A stretch of DNA of 64,000 nt from an uncultured delta proteobacterium (GCA_963823335.1 CAWGLD010000001.1:160001-224000); one strand, 5' to 3'. Shown: positions 1-10,328, counted from the first letter of the stretch. Numbers and translations: made by a program. Notes: generated from the letters alone by a model not told the origin.

Positions 1-344
1 TTGATGTTCGTGGATAGATCGACTTCAGATGGTCGGTTCGAATATTTGATCTCCCCTGCCTTATTGTATATTCGGATGTTCTCTATTTCGGGAAGCCGTC
101 CGATGTTCATGATGATCTGGTTGATGTCGTCCCTGGAATTGAGCATCATGGCGTAATGTGTTCCTAGCTGGATTGTCGTGGTCAACCGGTCGGTTGTATC
201 GACAATGTTCTGCATGGCTTTTTCTTTCTGATAGGCTGTATTGAAATATGCCCAGATCGAGACAGACAGGATAAAGATCAGACCAACCGTCAGGATGAGT
301 TTGAAAATGAGTCTGTCGCGGATTGTTTTTATCCAGTTGATCAT
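1..344 (-). CDS. N-terminal part of a membrane sensor histidine kinase (runs off the window)
   Basis: Manual translation from ATG at 344: MINWIKTIRDRLIFKLILTVGLIFILSVSIWAYFN...LGTHYAMMLNSRDDINQIIMNIGRLPEIENIRIYNKAGEIKYSN. TM helix followed by a periplasmic sensor region; open to the window edge. Confidence 0.6.
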   Translation of the reverse strand, partial: MINWIKTIRDRLIFKLILTVGLIFILSVSIWAYFNTAYQKEKAMQNIVDTTDRLTTTIQLGTHYAMMLNSRDDINQIIMNIGRLPEIENIRIYNKAGEIKYSNRPSEVDLSTNI

Positions 345-671
345 GAGGGGACTCTCTTTAAGCTTTTTTTCAGGCGACAGCCCGATTTGTTTTATCTCGA
401 AACGTATCCGTTATCGCGAGGTTCAATTTGAGGCCCAGATCTTCGCCCGGTACCCCGAGCGCCATTCCCAGGAGCTGTGGCAGATAGGGTGTTAAGTTTC
501 ATTGCCAGATTGGTATCCGATGTCCGGAATAAAATCGAATGCGTATTAAAACTATTATTTACAAAAATGCACTATCCTGAAATTTTCAAAAGCGCTTAAA
601 GAGACAGGAACTGGTGTTGATTGGGGCTCTAAAGAATTACACACATAGTGGTGGATAAAAATTACAGATAC

Positions 672-845
672 ATGGAGACAAGTCCAACTATCTGATAATT
701 GATAAAAATGTCAGATACCATATGGTCATCGCCAAGGTATCACGGTAGGGCCTATCAATGCAATATTTGGTCTGTTGCGATTATAATCGCACACCGGTAT
801 ATTTTCAACAGTCTGATATCTAACGAATTGTTGGATATTTCCAAC
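672..845. repeat. Paired L+R repeat unit 1 (empty)
   Basis: L motif ATGGAGACAAGTCCAACTATC...GATACC at 672-719; R motif TGCGATTATAATCGCACACCGGTA...CTGATATCTAACGAATTGTTGGA from 776. Confidence 0.75.
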
Positions 846-850
846 CTTTA

Positions 851-1291
851 TTAAGGTTTAATCCGAATTAATCTATGACCAAAAAGACAACGTCTTCTAT
901 CACATAGATCCTCCTGCACAGTAAATTCAAACTTGCTTTTTTCTATTTTCTTTATGGTATACTTTCCTGTATTAGTTTTACACGCAGGACTTTCTAACGG
1001 AATAAAAGTAATATCTTCCCCCTCTAATCTAATTCGGCCTTTATCTATCGGTCTCGTTTCAATTTTTTCGACACTATAGGCGATTCTATAAGTTCCATCA
1101 TTATAAAATTTAATAAATCTAATATACATATCATTGTCTGTGTCTGGCTTCCAAATACCAATTAAATCCTGCAATTGAATATCAGTTTCCGTGCATTGCC
1201 CATCATCAAATGGTAAATTTAAAATTAATATAATTGCCATAAAGAAAACTGAGAATCTTAACTGCATAGCTTCCTCCTTTTTTATTGGCAA
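851..1291 (-). CDS. Hypothetical exported protein
   Basis: 146-aa AT-rich ORF with hydrophobic N-terminus, an LIGIWK motif and paired Cys. True start is probably MQLRF, after an AAGGAGG RBS. Confidence 0.6.
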   Translation of the reverse strand: MPIKKEEAMQLRFSVFFMAIILILNLPFDDGQCTETDIQLQDLIGIWKPDTDNDMYIRFIKFYNDGTYRIAYSVEKIETRPIDKGRIRLEGEDITFIPLESPACKTNTGKYTIKKIEKSKFEFTVQEDLCDRRRCLFGHRLIRIKP

Positions 1292-1595
1292 GATAGATCA
1301 AAATTAGTCTATAACCTTTGCACAAATCATTAAATGAAGAAAATATCCGTTTCTGCAACCGGAGGAATATAGAGGTTCAGCAAGAGAGGGAACTTAGGAA
1401 CAAATCATCTTTTTATGTCGTTTGAATTTTGTTTTGAGCTGAGAGCATCACAGAAAGTTGGAATAAATATCAATACAATGCACTATTAATTGATGTCAAT
1501 ATTATACATGACCCATTAGCTCAAAAGTAATACGTTGAAGGGCATCCATAGGTTGCATTGGCAGTCGTTTTGATCCAGTAGCCACTATGTGATTA

Positions 1596-1842
1596 ATGGA
1601 GAGATGTCCAGTTATCAAGCTCAACCAAATTATTGCCGATACAATCTGGATATATTAAGTCTATCGCATCATTAAACCTGGTGTCAAACTGTAGACCCTA
1701 ATAACGCTGGTTTGTGCCAATAAAAAAGGGGCAATCCATCGCTCGGATTCACCCCTCTAATTTGTGATTATTTTCGCACATCGGTGGTTTTTAAGGTGCC
1801 TGATAACCTTGTTTTTGTTGGAGATAGGGCAGGTTTTTATAA
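1596..1842. repeat. Paired L+R repeat unit 2 (empty)
   Basis: L: ATGGAGAGATGTCCAGTTATCAAGC...AAATTATTGCCGATAC..TGGATAT (1596-1653). R: TGTGATTATTTTCGCACATCGGT..TTTTAAGGTGCCTGATA...GTTGGAGAT..CAGGTTTT (1763-1842). Confidence 0.8.
1721..1756 (-). terminator. Intrinsic terminator downstream of mttB
   Basis: On the minus strand: AGGGGTGAATCCGAGCGATGGATTGCCCC hairpin followed by a T run. Confidence 0.55.
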
Positions 1843-2033
1843 GCAAAAATGATTGCAGATATGCCTAAATCCCTTTAATGTCACAATCGTTTCGAGCCTG
1901 CAGTTTCTATTGCATCACTTCTGTCGTGATTATTATCGACTGTGTCTGAGTTATTGTCCTTGCCATCCTCATCCTTATGCATTGTTTCTTAGCCCGAAAA
2001 CATGCAATAATGGACAGAAGAAAGGACGCATTA

Positions 2034-3521
2034 TTATCCCTCTTTATCTCCGTCATAGATACCCAACTCCTCCTCTGCCTCTACGACGATGGATCGAACT
2101 TTTTTTAGAACATCAGCCGACAGTTGGGGAGGTTCATAGCTTTCCAGGATTTCGATCATCCTCTCATGGGAACGTTGGTATGCATCCTTGCTTCCGGCGG
2201 CTTCCCAGTCTTCCCGCATCCTCCGGTCGATCAATTGAGCCTGCGACTGCGATCGCATGTACTCAAAGGTAGTCTGGTGAGACAGATAATCCTTACCTAT
2301 TCCCATCTCCTTGATGACATCGATGGCAAGAGTAGTGTCGTTCACCGGAACTCCCTTCAATGAATGTAGAATCATCTCGGCAATCTCATGGTCCCACACG
2401 AGTTGAGCCAGGTCGAAAGTGATTCCCATCTCAAGCATTCCCAATCCGTAGATGACATTGGCACCTGCCAATGCGGGAAGAATGCCGGTGATGGTCTTTT
2501 CAAAACCCGCCTGGGCGTCGACCACCTTGCTGTCGCCCTATCCACCGGCCACAAAACATGGCAGGCTGTAGTAACGCGCTAGCCGCGCAACTGCTGCGCT
2601 GATCATGCCAGTTTCCGGTGATCCAACACTGGCCGTGGCCCTGCGCAGATCCAACGGGCATGTGGAACTGCCGTAAACGAACTGAGCTCCTTTGCGGGTC
2701 AATTGCTGCAGAACCAAACTGGACAAAAGTTCACAGTTTTGGATGATCAGTGTTCCGGCCAGGTGAACTGGCCCAGAGCCTGCCGACATTGCCATACCAA
2801 CTACGTTCAGCCCCATGTAACTCGTAGCGGCCTCCATGACGATGTCGCAGTGGTGTAACGGGAGTTTCAAGGGGCTGATGGGGCAAGTCGTAAATGACAG
2901 CAGCGGTCGTTTTTTTAGGCGCTCTCTGCCGCCTACGATGGCAGCGCACATCTCTGTAATTTTTTTGGCCTGGAAGCCGTCCACTGGGCACAGCCAGTGG
3001 TGCTTAGTGGTGTTCGTCAACGATGCTTCGGCATTATGGAGTGCCTGTGATTCCGGTGGTTTGTCGTGTGAACACATAGCCCGTTCATAAGTCTCGATAT
3101 TATCCAGGCTGTCAATGATCCTGGCCGCTTTTTCGATATCCGCCTTCGTGGTTTCCCGGTGTTCTCCGGTATAGGGGTCTACGAACATGATGCCTTCACC
3201 AAAATTGGTAAAGGTTACCCGATTATCTTCCAGCAGCACGTCATCCTCGGGTCTTCGGCCGCAGGCGTAATAGGTGCCGGGGGCGGAATTGATGGCATCT
3301 TCGATTACCCAGTGAGGAAACTTGACGACTTTATTTTTTCGATCGACGTCGCATCCCCCACCGTCAAATCGCTCCAGGGCCACTTCGTTTTCTACGAACA
3401 GTCCGACATCCTTCAGTATTTCCAGGGTTCCAAGATGGATTTCATGAACTTCGTCATCGGTCATGACGTTCAGGCTGAAACCTGAATTACGATTTTTTCC
3501 CGCTTTTAATCTCCGTTTCAT
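2034..3521 (-). CDS. mttB: Trimethylamine:corrinoid methyltransferase with in-frame amber (pyrrolysine) codon at 2540-2538
   Basis: ORFs 2538..3521 and 2034..2525 are one frame: ...LPCFVAGG-TAG-GDSKVVDAQAGFEK...; 495 aa on read-through. MttB-like motifs FTNFGEG, GSPETGMI, GMLEMGITFD; AGGAGG RBS. Confidence 0.92.
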
Positions 3522-3784
3522 AAAATCATAACCTCCTGTTTTTCTGTTATCGTTGGATTTGCCCGATTCCGCATGTGATGTTATCTTGCACTTACTTTTC
3601 TGGTATCAAGACTTTATTAAAAGCTATGTATAAGGAGAGACTATTGCAAAAAGGCCATTGGATGTTTGCTTTGATCTTACCGTATGAGTTAAACATGTCC
3701 AACCGTTTTTGTACACGGCTGTTGGTAAATAATGACGATAATCATCCGTCGGGGGTATCACAACATCTATCAAAGTGGTGATTG

Positions 3785-3842
3785 ATGGAGACAAGTCCAG
3801 TTATCAAACTTGATGAAATTATTGCCGATACCTTTTGGATAT
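3785..3842. repeat. L repeat of unit 3 (upstream of integrase)
   Basis: ATGGAGACAAGTCCAGTTATCAAACTTGATGAAATTATTGCCGATACCTTTTGGATAT; aligns with the copies at 672 and 1596. Confidence 0.85.
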
Positions 3843-3900
3843 CATAGAATAGCCTTGGCACTGGGCCATTGTCAAACATTTTAGCCAAAGGAGGTATGTC

Positions 3901-4738
3901 ATGAAAGTATCAAAAGCAGGAAAAATCTGGCTCGATTATCACCGAATCCATTCCAAAAAAAAATACGGTTAGGGCCCACTCTTTCGTCCTGGATAGTTTC
4001 AGAATCCAATTCGGTGATTACGAACTTGGAGATCTGTCCGTTGATAACATTCTGGATTTCATGAACCAGCTCACCGAAGGGCGTAAACCACAAACAAAAC
4101 GGGGTCGATTCACAAGCCTGTTAGCATTTCTTAATTTTTCCAAAAACAACCTCGATCCTGATTTCACCAATCCCTGCGACTCACCCATGCTGCGAAAACT
4201 GTTCCGGCCTAAGATAAAACCCCAATTTGATATTCTCGAAAAAGAAACCATGGACGAGATCATTTTTCGGACAGTTCATCCCAGAAACCGTTTGATGCTC
4301 GAACTCATGGCTCGGGGTGCCATGCGAATAGGTGAGGTGTTGAAAATTGTACCCAATGATATTTCTGAAAGGAAAATACTGTTAAGAGAGCCGAAAAGTG
4401 GCCGTGAGTGTGAAATGATATTTATTCCCCAAAAGGTGGCTGATCGCCTGAGAGAGTATGTCGAAACTCATAAAATCGGATTACAGGAAAGGATATTTCC
4501 GATTTGTTATGAGGCTGCTCGTTCGATAGTGGCAAAAGCTGGTAAGTTGGTTGGCATCCATCTCAGACCACATGATCTGCGACGCCATGCTGCAACATTT
4601 GCTTCCCGCTCAGGAGTGCCGCTTGAAATTGTGAGCAAGATTATTCTCCGGCATTCAAACTTATCGACCACCCAAATATATTTGGGCAGGATCAGCGATA
4701 CAGAGGCGTTGAAGTGGATTGAAACTATCTACAGCTAA
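3901..4738 (+). CDS. Tyrosine recombinase/integrase, frame shifted at an A9 run (3955-3963)
   Basis: GGAGG RBS and ATG at 3901 give MKVSKAGKIWLDYHRIHSKK; the +1 frame continues NTVRAHSFVL... into ORF 4061..4738. Catalytic R (AMRIGE), K (PKSG), HDLRR, H and Y (RHSNLSTTQIY) are present. Confidence 0.85.
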
Positions 4739-4783
4739 AAGGGGGAAAGGGTGGATTCCGTTGCCCGGAACCACCCTTCAAAC

Positions 4784-4862
4784 TGCGATTATTTTCGCAC
4801 ATCGGTACTTTTTAAGGTACCTGATATCTACCGAATCGTTGGAGATTCCACAGGTTTTATAA
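4784..4862. repeat. R repeat of unit 3 (downstream of integrase)
   Basis: TGCGATTATTTTCGCACATCGGTACTTTTTAAGGTACCTGATATCTACCGAATCGTTGGAGAT..CAGGTTTTATAA; preceded by a hairpin as in unit 2. Confidence 0.85.
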
Positions 4863-4903
4863 CGGATAGAAAACCTGAGGTACATAATAGCAGTTATCTG
4901 CAA

Positions 4904-5068
4904 TACAGTAGCCTGAGGGGGATGGATGCATATTACATAAAGCCGGACGACGACGATTTGAAACAGGCAATGGAAGTCTATACCGCTTGGTTCGATGAAC
5001 AACTGGTGGCTGCGGAACAGGCAAATGAAAAACAGCAAAAAGTGAAAATTCCCCTCCAATCCTCATAA
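4904..5068 (+). pseudogene. Probable C-terminal relic of a second phage-type integrase
   Basis: SSLRGMDAYYIKPDDDDLKQAMEVYTAWFDEQL resembles, from recall, the GH..GM..HY..P....L..AM tail of tyrosine integrases. No N-terminal part. Confidence 0.4.
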
Positions 5069-5472
5069 GCCATCCGCCTGCTAATGCTATCAATATCACA
5101 GGTCCTCGCGTCCTCCATAGTTTGATGTTTTTACATATCTGAAATTGGATTAGCAACTGGATGTTAAGATCATTTCGGGCAAAATATAATCCATACATCG
5201 ATACTTCGATAATGGTTGTTATACGCATGCCGCATCCCAACAAACTTGTAGATGGCGAGTATGGAACCTGTGATATCCCGAGACAACAATCTTGAAATAG
5301 CTAATCTCTTGACCCATCCTTCCAAATCAGGTACTAATTTTATAGTCGCTTAAATCACACCTGCTCTGATACTGAATGACATCATTGAACTTGACCTGAC
5401 CTGAATCTCGACCTGTCCGTATATTTCCAAGACGTATCATCTTCTTCAAACCCTAACCAGAAGGTGATCATC

Positions 5473-8400
5473 ATGCCCAACGAACAAAAAGTCACCAGAA
5501 AACTTAGAGCCATTCTTTCTGCCGATGTCAAAGGTTACAGCATCCTCATGGCGGACGATGAAGTTTCTACAGTCCAGACTTTGAAGGATTACCGGAATAT
5601 CATGTCAAATTATATCGAACAGCATGGTGGCAGGGTTGTGGATGCTGTTGGGGATAACCTGTTGGCGGAGTTTGGCAGTGTGGTGGATGCTGTTCAGTGT
5701 GCTGTTGAAATTCAAAAGAAACTAAACGAAAAGAACAAAGATATACCTGAAAATAAGAGACTTCAGTTCCGTATTGGCGTCAATATTGGTGATGTGATTC
5801 AGGATGGTGACAGAATCTTTGGTGACGGTGTCAACATCGCAGCACGGATAGAGGGGCTTGCAGATGCTGGCGGTGTTTGTATTTCTCGGAATGCCTATGA
5901 TCATATTAGGACCAAATTAGACCTGGGTTATGAGTATCTTGGTGAACACAGTGTAAAGAATATCAGCCAACCCGTCAGGGTTTACAAGGTTCTAATGTGT
6001 TACGTTGATGCTTCTGTGGCAGGAATATAAAGCCAAAATCCGGACGGCTATCAATATAGTCAGTTTTGCCATTTATATCGCCAGTGGGTCGGCCGCGTCG
6101 ATCCGGTCATGCGCCAGGTTCATCGTGCCGGCGAAAAGATGTTTGTGGATTACGCCGGTCAGACCGTTGGTGTCTATGGCCTGGCATCAAAACAAACCCG
6201 CGAAGCTCAAATCTTTATCGCCGTTCTGGGCGCTTCAAACTACACCTATGCCGAAGCTACCTGGACACAAAAATTGCCGGACTGGATCGCTTCCCACTGC
6301 CGGGCCTATGCATATATCGCCGGTGTCCCCGAAGTGACCGTTCCGGATAATTTAAAAAGCGGTGTTAAAGATCCTGTTTTTACGAACCGGACATCAATCC
6401 CACATATCTCGATATGGCCCAACACTATGGGACCGCCGTCATCCCGGCACGGGTTGCCAAACCCAAGGACAAGGCAAAGGTGGAAACCGGCGTGCTGATT
6501 GTCGAGCGATGGATCCTGGCACGGCTTCGCAACCAACAGTTTTTCAGCCTTCAGCAACTCAATGAAGCCATCAGAAACTTATTGTTGGATCTCAACAAAA
6601 AACCGTTTCAAAAATTGCCGGGATGTTGGCAATCGACGTTCTTGGCTGTTGATAAACCGGCACTCAAGTCTTTGCCGCAAACACCCTATGAGTTTGCGGA
6701 ATGGAAAAAAGCCCGGGTAAACGTCGATTACCACATTGAAGTGGATCGACATTATTACAGTGTCCCTTACAAACTGATTAAAAAACAGATTGATGTTCGC
6801 ATCACCAACAGAACCATCGAGTGTATCTATAACAACAAAAGAGTTGCCAGCCATATCCGCGACTACCGGAAAGGATGGCATACCACCGTAAAAGAGCATA
6901 TGCCTAAGTCCCATCAGAATATGGCCGATTGGACACCGGATCGTTTCATTCGCTGGTCTCAAAAAATAGGTTTGCAAACCACCCAGCTGATCATGTCGTG
7001 CTGGGATCCTGCGGACTCTGGTAAATTGATCGGTGAAGAACCGAGGCGTCCGAGAAAGAAATGGTTTTTACCTGTAGCTGTGGTTGCCGCAATCATTGTG
7101 ACATCCATAGTTTGGCATTTTTACCAAAAAGCGACAAAGCCTGATATTGAACCTGCTTCAGTGGGGGAAATGGCTTTCAGCCTACCGGACTAAGCCTTCC
7201 CTTGCCGTTCTTCCCTTTGACAATATGAGCGGTGATCCAGAGCAGGCGTACGTGAGTGATGGCATTACAGAAGCTATAATAATGTCGGTTTCAAAAATCC
7301 GTCACCTATTTGTTATCGCCAGGAACTCCACGTTTGTTTACAAAAACAAGGCCGTGAAAGTCCAGCAAGTAGCACAGGATCTTGGGGTCCAATATGTGCT
7401 TGAAGGCAGTGTCCAGCGTTCAGGCGATAGGTTACGTGTTACAGCCCAGCTTATCGATGCGTTGAATGGCCGCCATATTTGGGCTGAACAATATGATCGA
7501 GACCTGAAAGATCTCTTTGACATGCAAGATGAGATCACTATGGAGATTTTAGAAGCCATGCGGGTCAAACTCATCGAAGGGGAGCAAATATCAAAGGCCA
7601 AACGTCCCCAAAATGTTCAATCTGCTCTGAAGATTTATCAAGCTCAGGCTTACAGCCTTCGATTTACGCCGGAAGCAATGGTCACGGCAAAAAAGATAGC
7701 AGAAGAAGTGGTGGCCGTAGAACCTGAGTACGGGGAAGCTTACTATATCCTATCGACAATTCACATGATGGAGATGTGGTATGGCACGGGTAAGTCACCA
7801 AAGGATTCGCTTTTAAAAGCCACAGAGTATGCAGAGAAAGCTATTTCCCTTGATGATTCTCTTTCCCAGGCCATGGGCATTCTTGGGTATTGCTATGGAT
7901 TAAGCAGACAGTGGGACGAATCTGTTGCCGTAGCAGAGAAAGGCGTCGCAATCGATCCAAATGGAGCCGATGCTCACGCTTGGCTGGGTAATTGTCTGAA
8001 TTTTGCATATCGGTACAAGGACGCCATACCCTTTTTCGATAAAGCCATGAGACTTAATCCTTATCCGCCTCCGTGGTATTATTTTACGCTCGCCGTTTCG
8101 CATATTGGTCTGGGTCGATATGAGGAGGCTATTACCTTGCTGGAAAAGTCCTTATCTGTCTCGCCGAACAACCTTACAGCGTATTTGACTATTATACGAC
8201 CATATCTGTACACGGGCAGAGAGGATGAAGCTCGTGCAGCAGCTCAAAGAGTGTTACAGATCAATCCGAAGTTTTCAGTAGAAGATTGGGTTAGTAAAAT
8301 GCCTTACAAGGAACCGGGATATCCTGAGAAGGTGGCTGAGGCTTTGTACAAGGCGGGTATACCAGAAACACCACCACTCCCTCTACCCGATAAACCCTCA

Positions 8401-9575
8401 ATAGCCGTCCTCGCTTTCGATAACCTGAGCGGTGACCCTGAGCAGGAGTATTTCAGTGATGGCATTACCGAAGAGATCATCTCCGCCCTCTCAAAGACAG
8501 ATCAACTTTTTGTGATTGCTCGTAACTCATCGTTTGTCTACAAGGGCAAGCCGGTCAATGTAAAGCAAGTCGCAAGGGAATTGGGCGTGCACTATGTGCT
8601 CGAAGGCAGTGTCCGAATTTCTGAAGATCGGGTGAGGATTACAGCACAGTTGATCGATGCCATTTCGGGTCATCACCTTTGGGCGGAACGTTATGACCGT
8701 GATTTAAAAGACATCTTTGCCCTGCAAGACGAGATTACCATCAAGATAGTGTCCTCCCTGCAAATAAAGCTTACAGAGGGCGAGCAATCTCGTATGTGGA
8801 TCAAGAGATAATGCAAGAAACCTTGATGTTAAGTTAAAAACGATGGAATTATTGTCTCTTTGGCGAGAAGACACAATAGAAAGTCATATGCTGTATGGCC
8901 AGCTATCACAGGAAGTCATCGATATGGCTCCTAAATATCCGGTCGGCTACCTTACATTAGCTTGGCATCACTGGTGGCTTGCTTTGACACTTGGCAAATC
9001 ACCCCAAGAGAATTTGACAAAAGCCTTTAATCTGGCACAAAAGGTTCTTTCTATGGATGAATCTAATGCCGACGCCCATGCCTTATTAGGAAGTATCTAC
9101 ATGGTTATGAGGCAACATGATAAGGCCATTGCCGCAGGGAAGCGCTCTATAGAGCTTCAACCAAATGGGGCTATGGTACATGGGCTTTTGGGTTTTACAC
9201 TATACTTTGCGGATCAGCCGGATGAAGGCATTGTGTATCTTAACAAGGGGATTCGGCTCAACCCTTTTCCTGCCTCTTGGTACTTTCAACATTTAGGCAG
9301 CTGTTATGCGATTAAAGGGCAGTATGAGAAAGCTCTGACATTGTACAAGCAAGCACTTCTGAGAAGTCCCAGACACTTTCACTATACATTTGAGTTTAGC
9401 TATTACGTATGCTTTATTAGACCGGCAAAAGGAGGCTGACGCAGCTGTCAAAAAAGTCCTGGAACTCTATCCCAGTTTTTCTATTGAGCGTTTTTCCGCA
9501 ACACTGCCGTATAAAAATCAAGACGATCTTAAATTAGTAGTAGGTGCTATGCGTAAGGCTGGTTTGCCGGAGTGA
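5473..9575 (+). pseudogene. Class III adenylate/guanylate cyclase-TolB-like-TPR protein, disrupted
   Basis: Cyclase motifs (AILSADVKGYS, VGDNLLAEF, FRIGVNIGDV, GDGVNIAARIE), a TM helix, then two KPSxAVLxFDNxSGDPEQ + TPR modules. Interrupted by an istA fragment, with frame breaks near 7191, 8810 and 9390. Confidence 0.85.
5998..7004 (+). mobile_element. istA: Internal fragment of IS21-family transposase istA (frameshifted)
   Basis: [40 protein letters not shown] and [15 protein letters not shown] motifs; two or more frameshifts; no termini and no istB. Confidence 0.85.
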
Positions 9576-9928
9576 GCATAACTATTTCAAAATATGATAT
9601 ATCTCCAAAATATGCTGATCCATCCCCTCAATTTCAAATCAGCTTAAACCCGCAGAACAGGAAACATTGTGATATCGTCATCTCAGTGGACTCGCCTGAA
9701 CCTGATATCATATGAAACCTTAACCGCATGGTTCGATGAAGAACTCGAAAATGCAAATGTTGACCTACTCGTTGACCTTTTCACACAAAGTCAATTCTGG
9801 TGTACTATTAAATCTATTGAATATAAGTAGTTATACATACCTGTCTTTATAAACCCTTACAAACAGTATACAAATGAAAAAGGGGCAGCCACCGAAGTAG
9901 CTAACCCCTTCTTTTCATTGAGATCTTA

Positions 9929-10004
9929 TGGTGCCGAGGGACAGAATCGAACTGCCGACACGGGGATTTTCAGTCCCCTGCTCTACCGACTGAGCTACCT
10001 CGGC
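9929..10004 (-). tRNA. tRNA-Phe (GAA)
   Basis: Reverse complement GCCGAGGTAGCTCAGTCGGTAGAGCAGGGGACTGAAAATCCCCGTGTCGGCAGTTCGATTCTGTCCCTCGGCACCA; 76 nt, cloverleaf, CCA end. Confidence 0.97.
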
Positions 10005-10066
10005 AAGACCTCAATTAGACTGGTATAGATATTAAAGGGGCTGGTATTTGTCAAGATATTTCTGAG

Positions 10067-10229
10067 GTGGCTTCAAACCTTCTCTCAAGCTCAATCTCTG
10101 TGCTGAAACGAAGCGTTCAATCCTAAAAATACAAGGTGTATTCACCCCAAGGACACTTCCTGCGGGCGCCGGCGGGTTAAACAGCTCGCCTCGCCTTGAC
10201 CTTAAGCTTGATTGAACGTTTGAAACCAC
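10067..10229. repeat. MITE-like palindromic element (family A)
   Basis: Terminal inverted repeats GTGGCTTCAAAC / GTTTGAAACCAC; internal motifs shared with 15728-15875. Confidence 0.55.
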
Positions 10230-10328
10230 TTTAAGCTTTGTGGCTTTGATTTGCACTGCCCGCCTACACCTAATATGCAGACCATCAGCCGCATGTAAAT
10301 TTCCCTGGGGAAAAAAGTCCCCTTGTCT

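Noticed and set aside
2034-3521. mttB as a nonsense pseudogene or as two separate genes
   Set aside because: The only lesion is a TAG at the position expected for pyrrolysine, and both halves are otherwise intact and in frame.
672-4862. Canonical integron or CRISPR array
   Set aside because: No IntI-specific insertion is visible and there are no full attC hairpins. Repeats are long, degenerate and irregularly spaced, with no cas genes.
4751-5068. 105-aa ORF as a real gene
   Set aside because: It reads through the R repeat into a probable integrase relic, so it is a chimeric frame.
6414-7193. IstA fused to a membrane anchor as a novel protein
   Set aside because: Accidental fusion of the IS fragment with the resumed cyclase gene.
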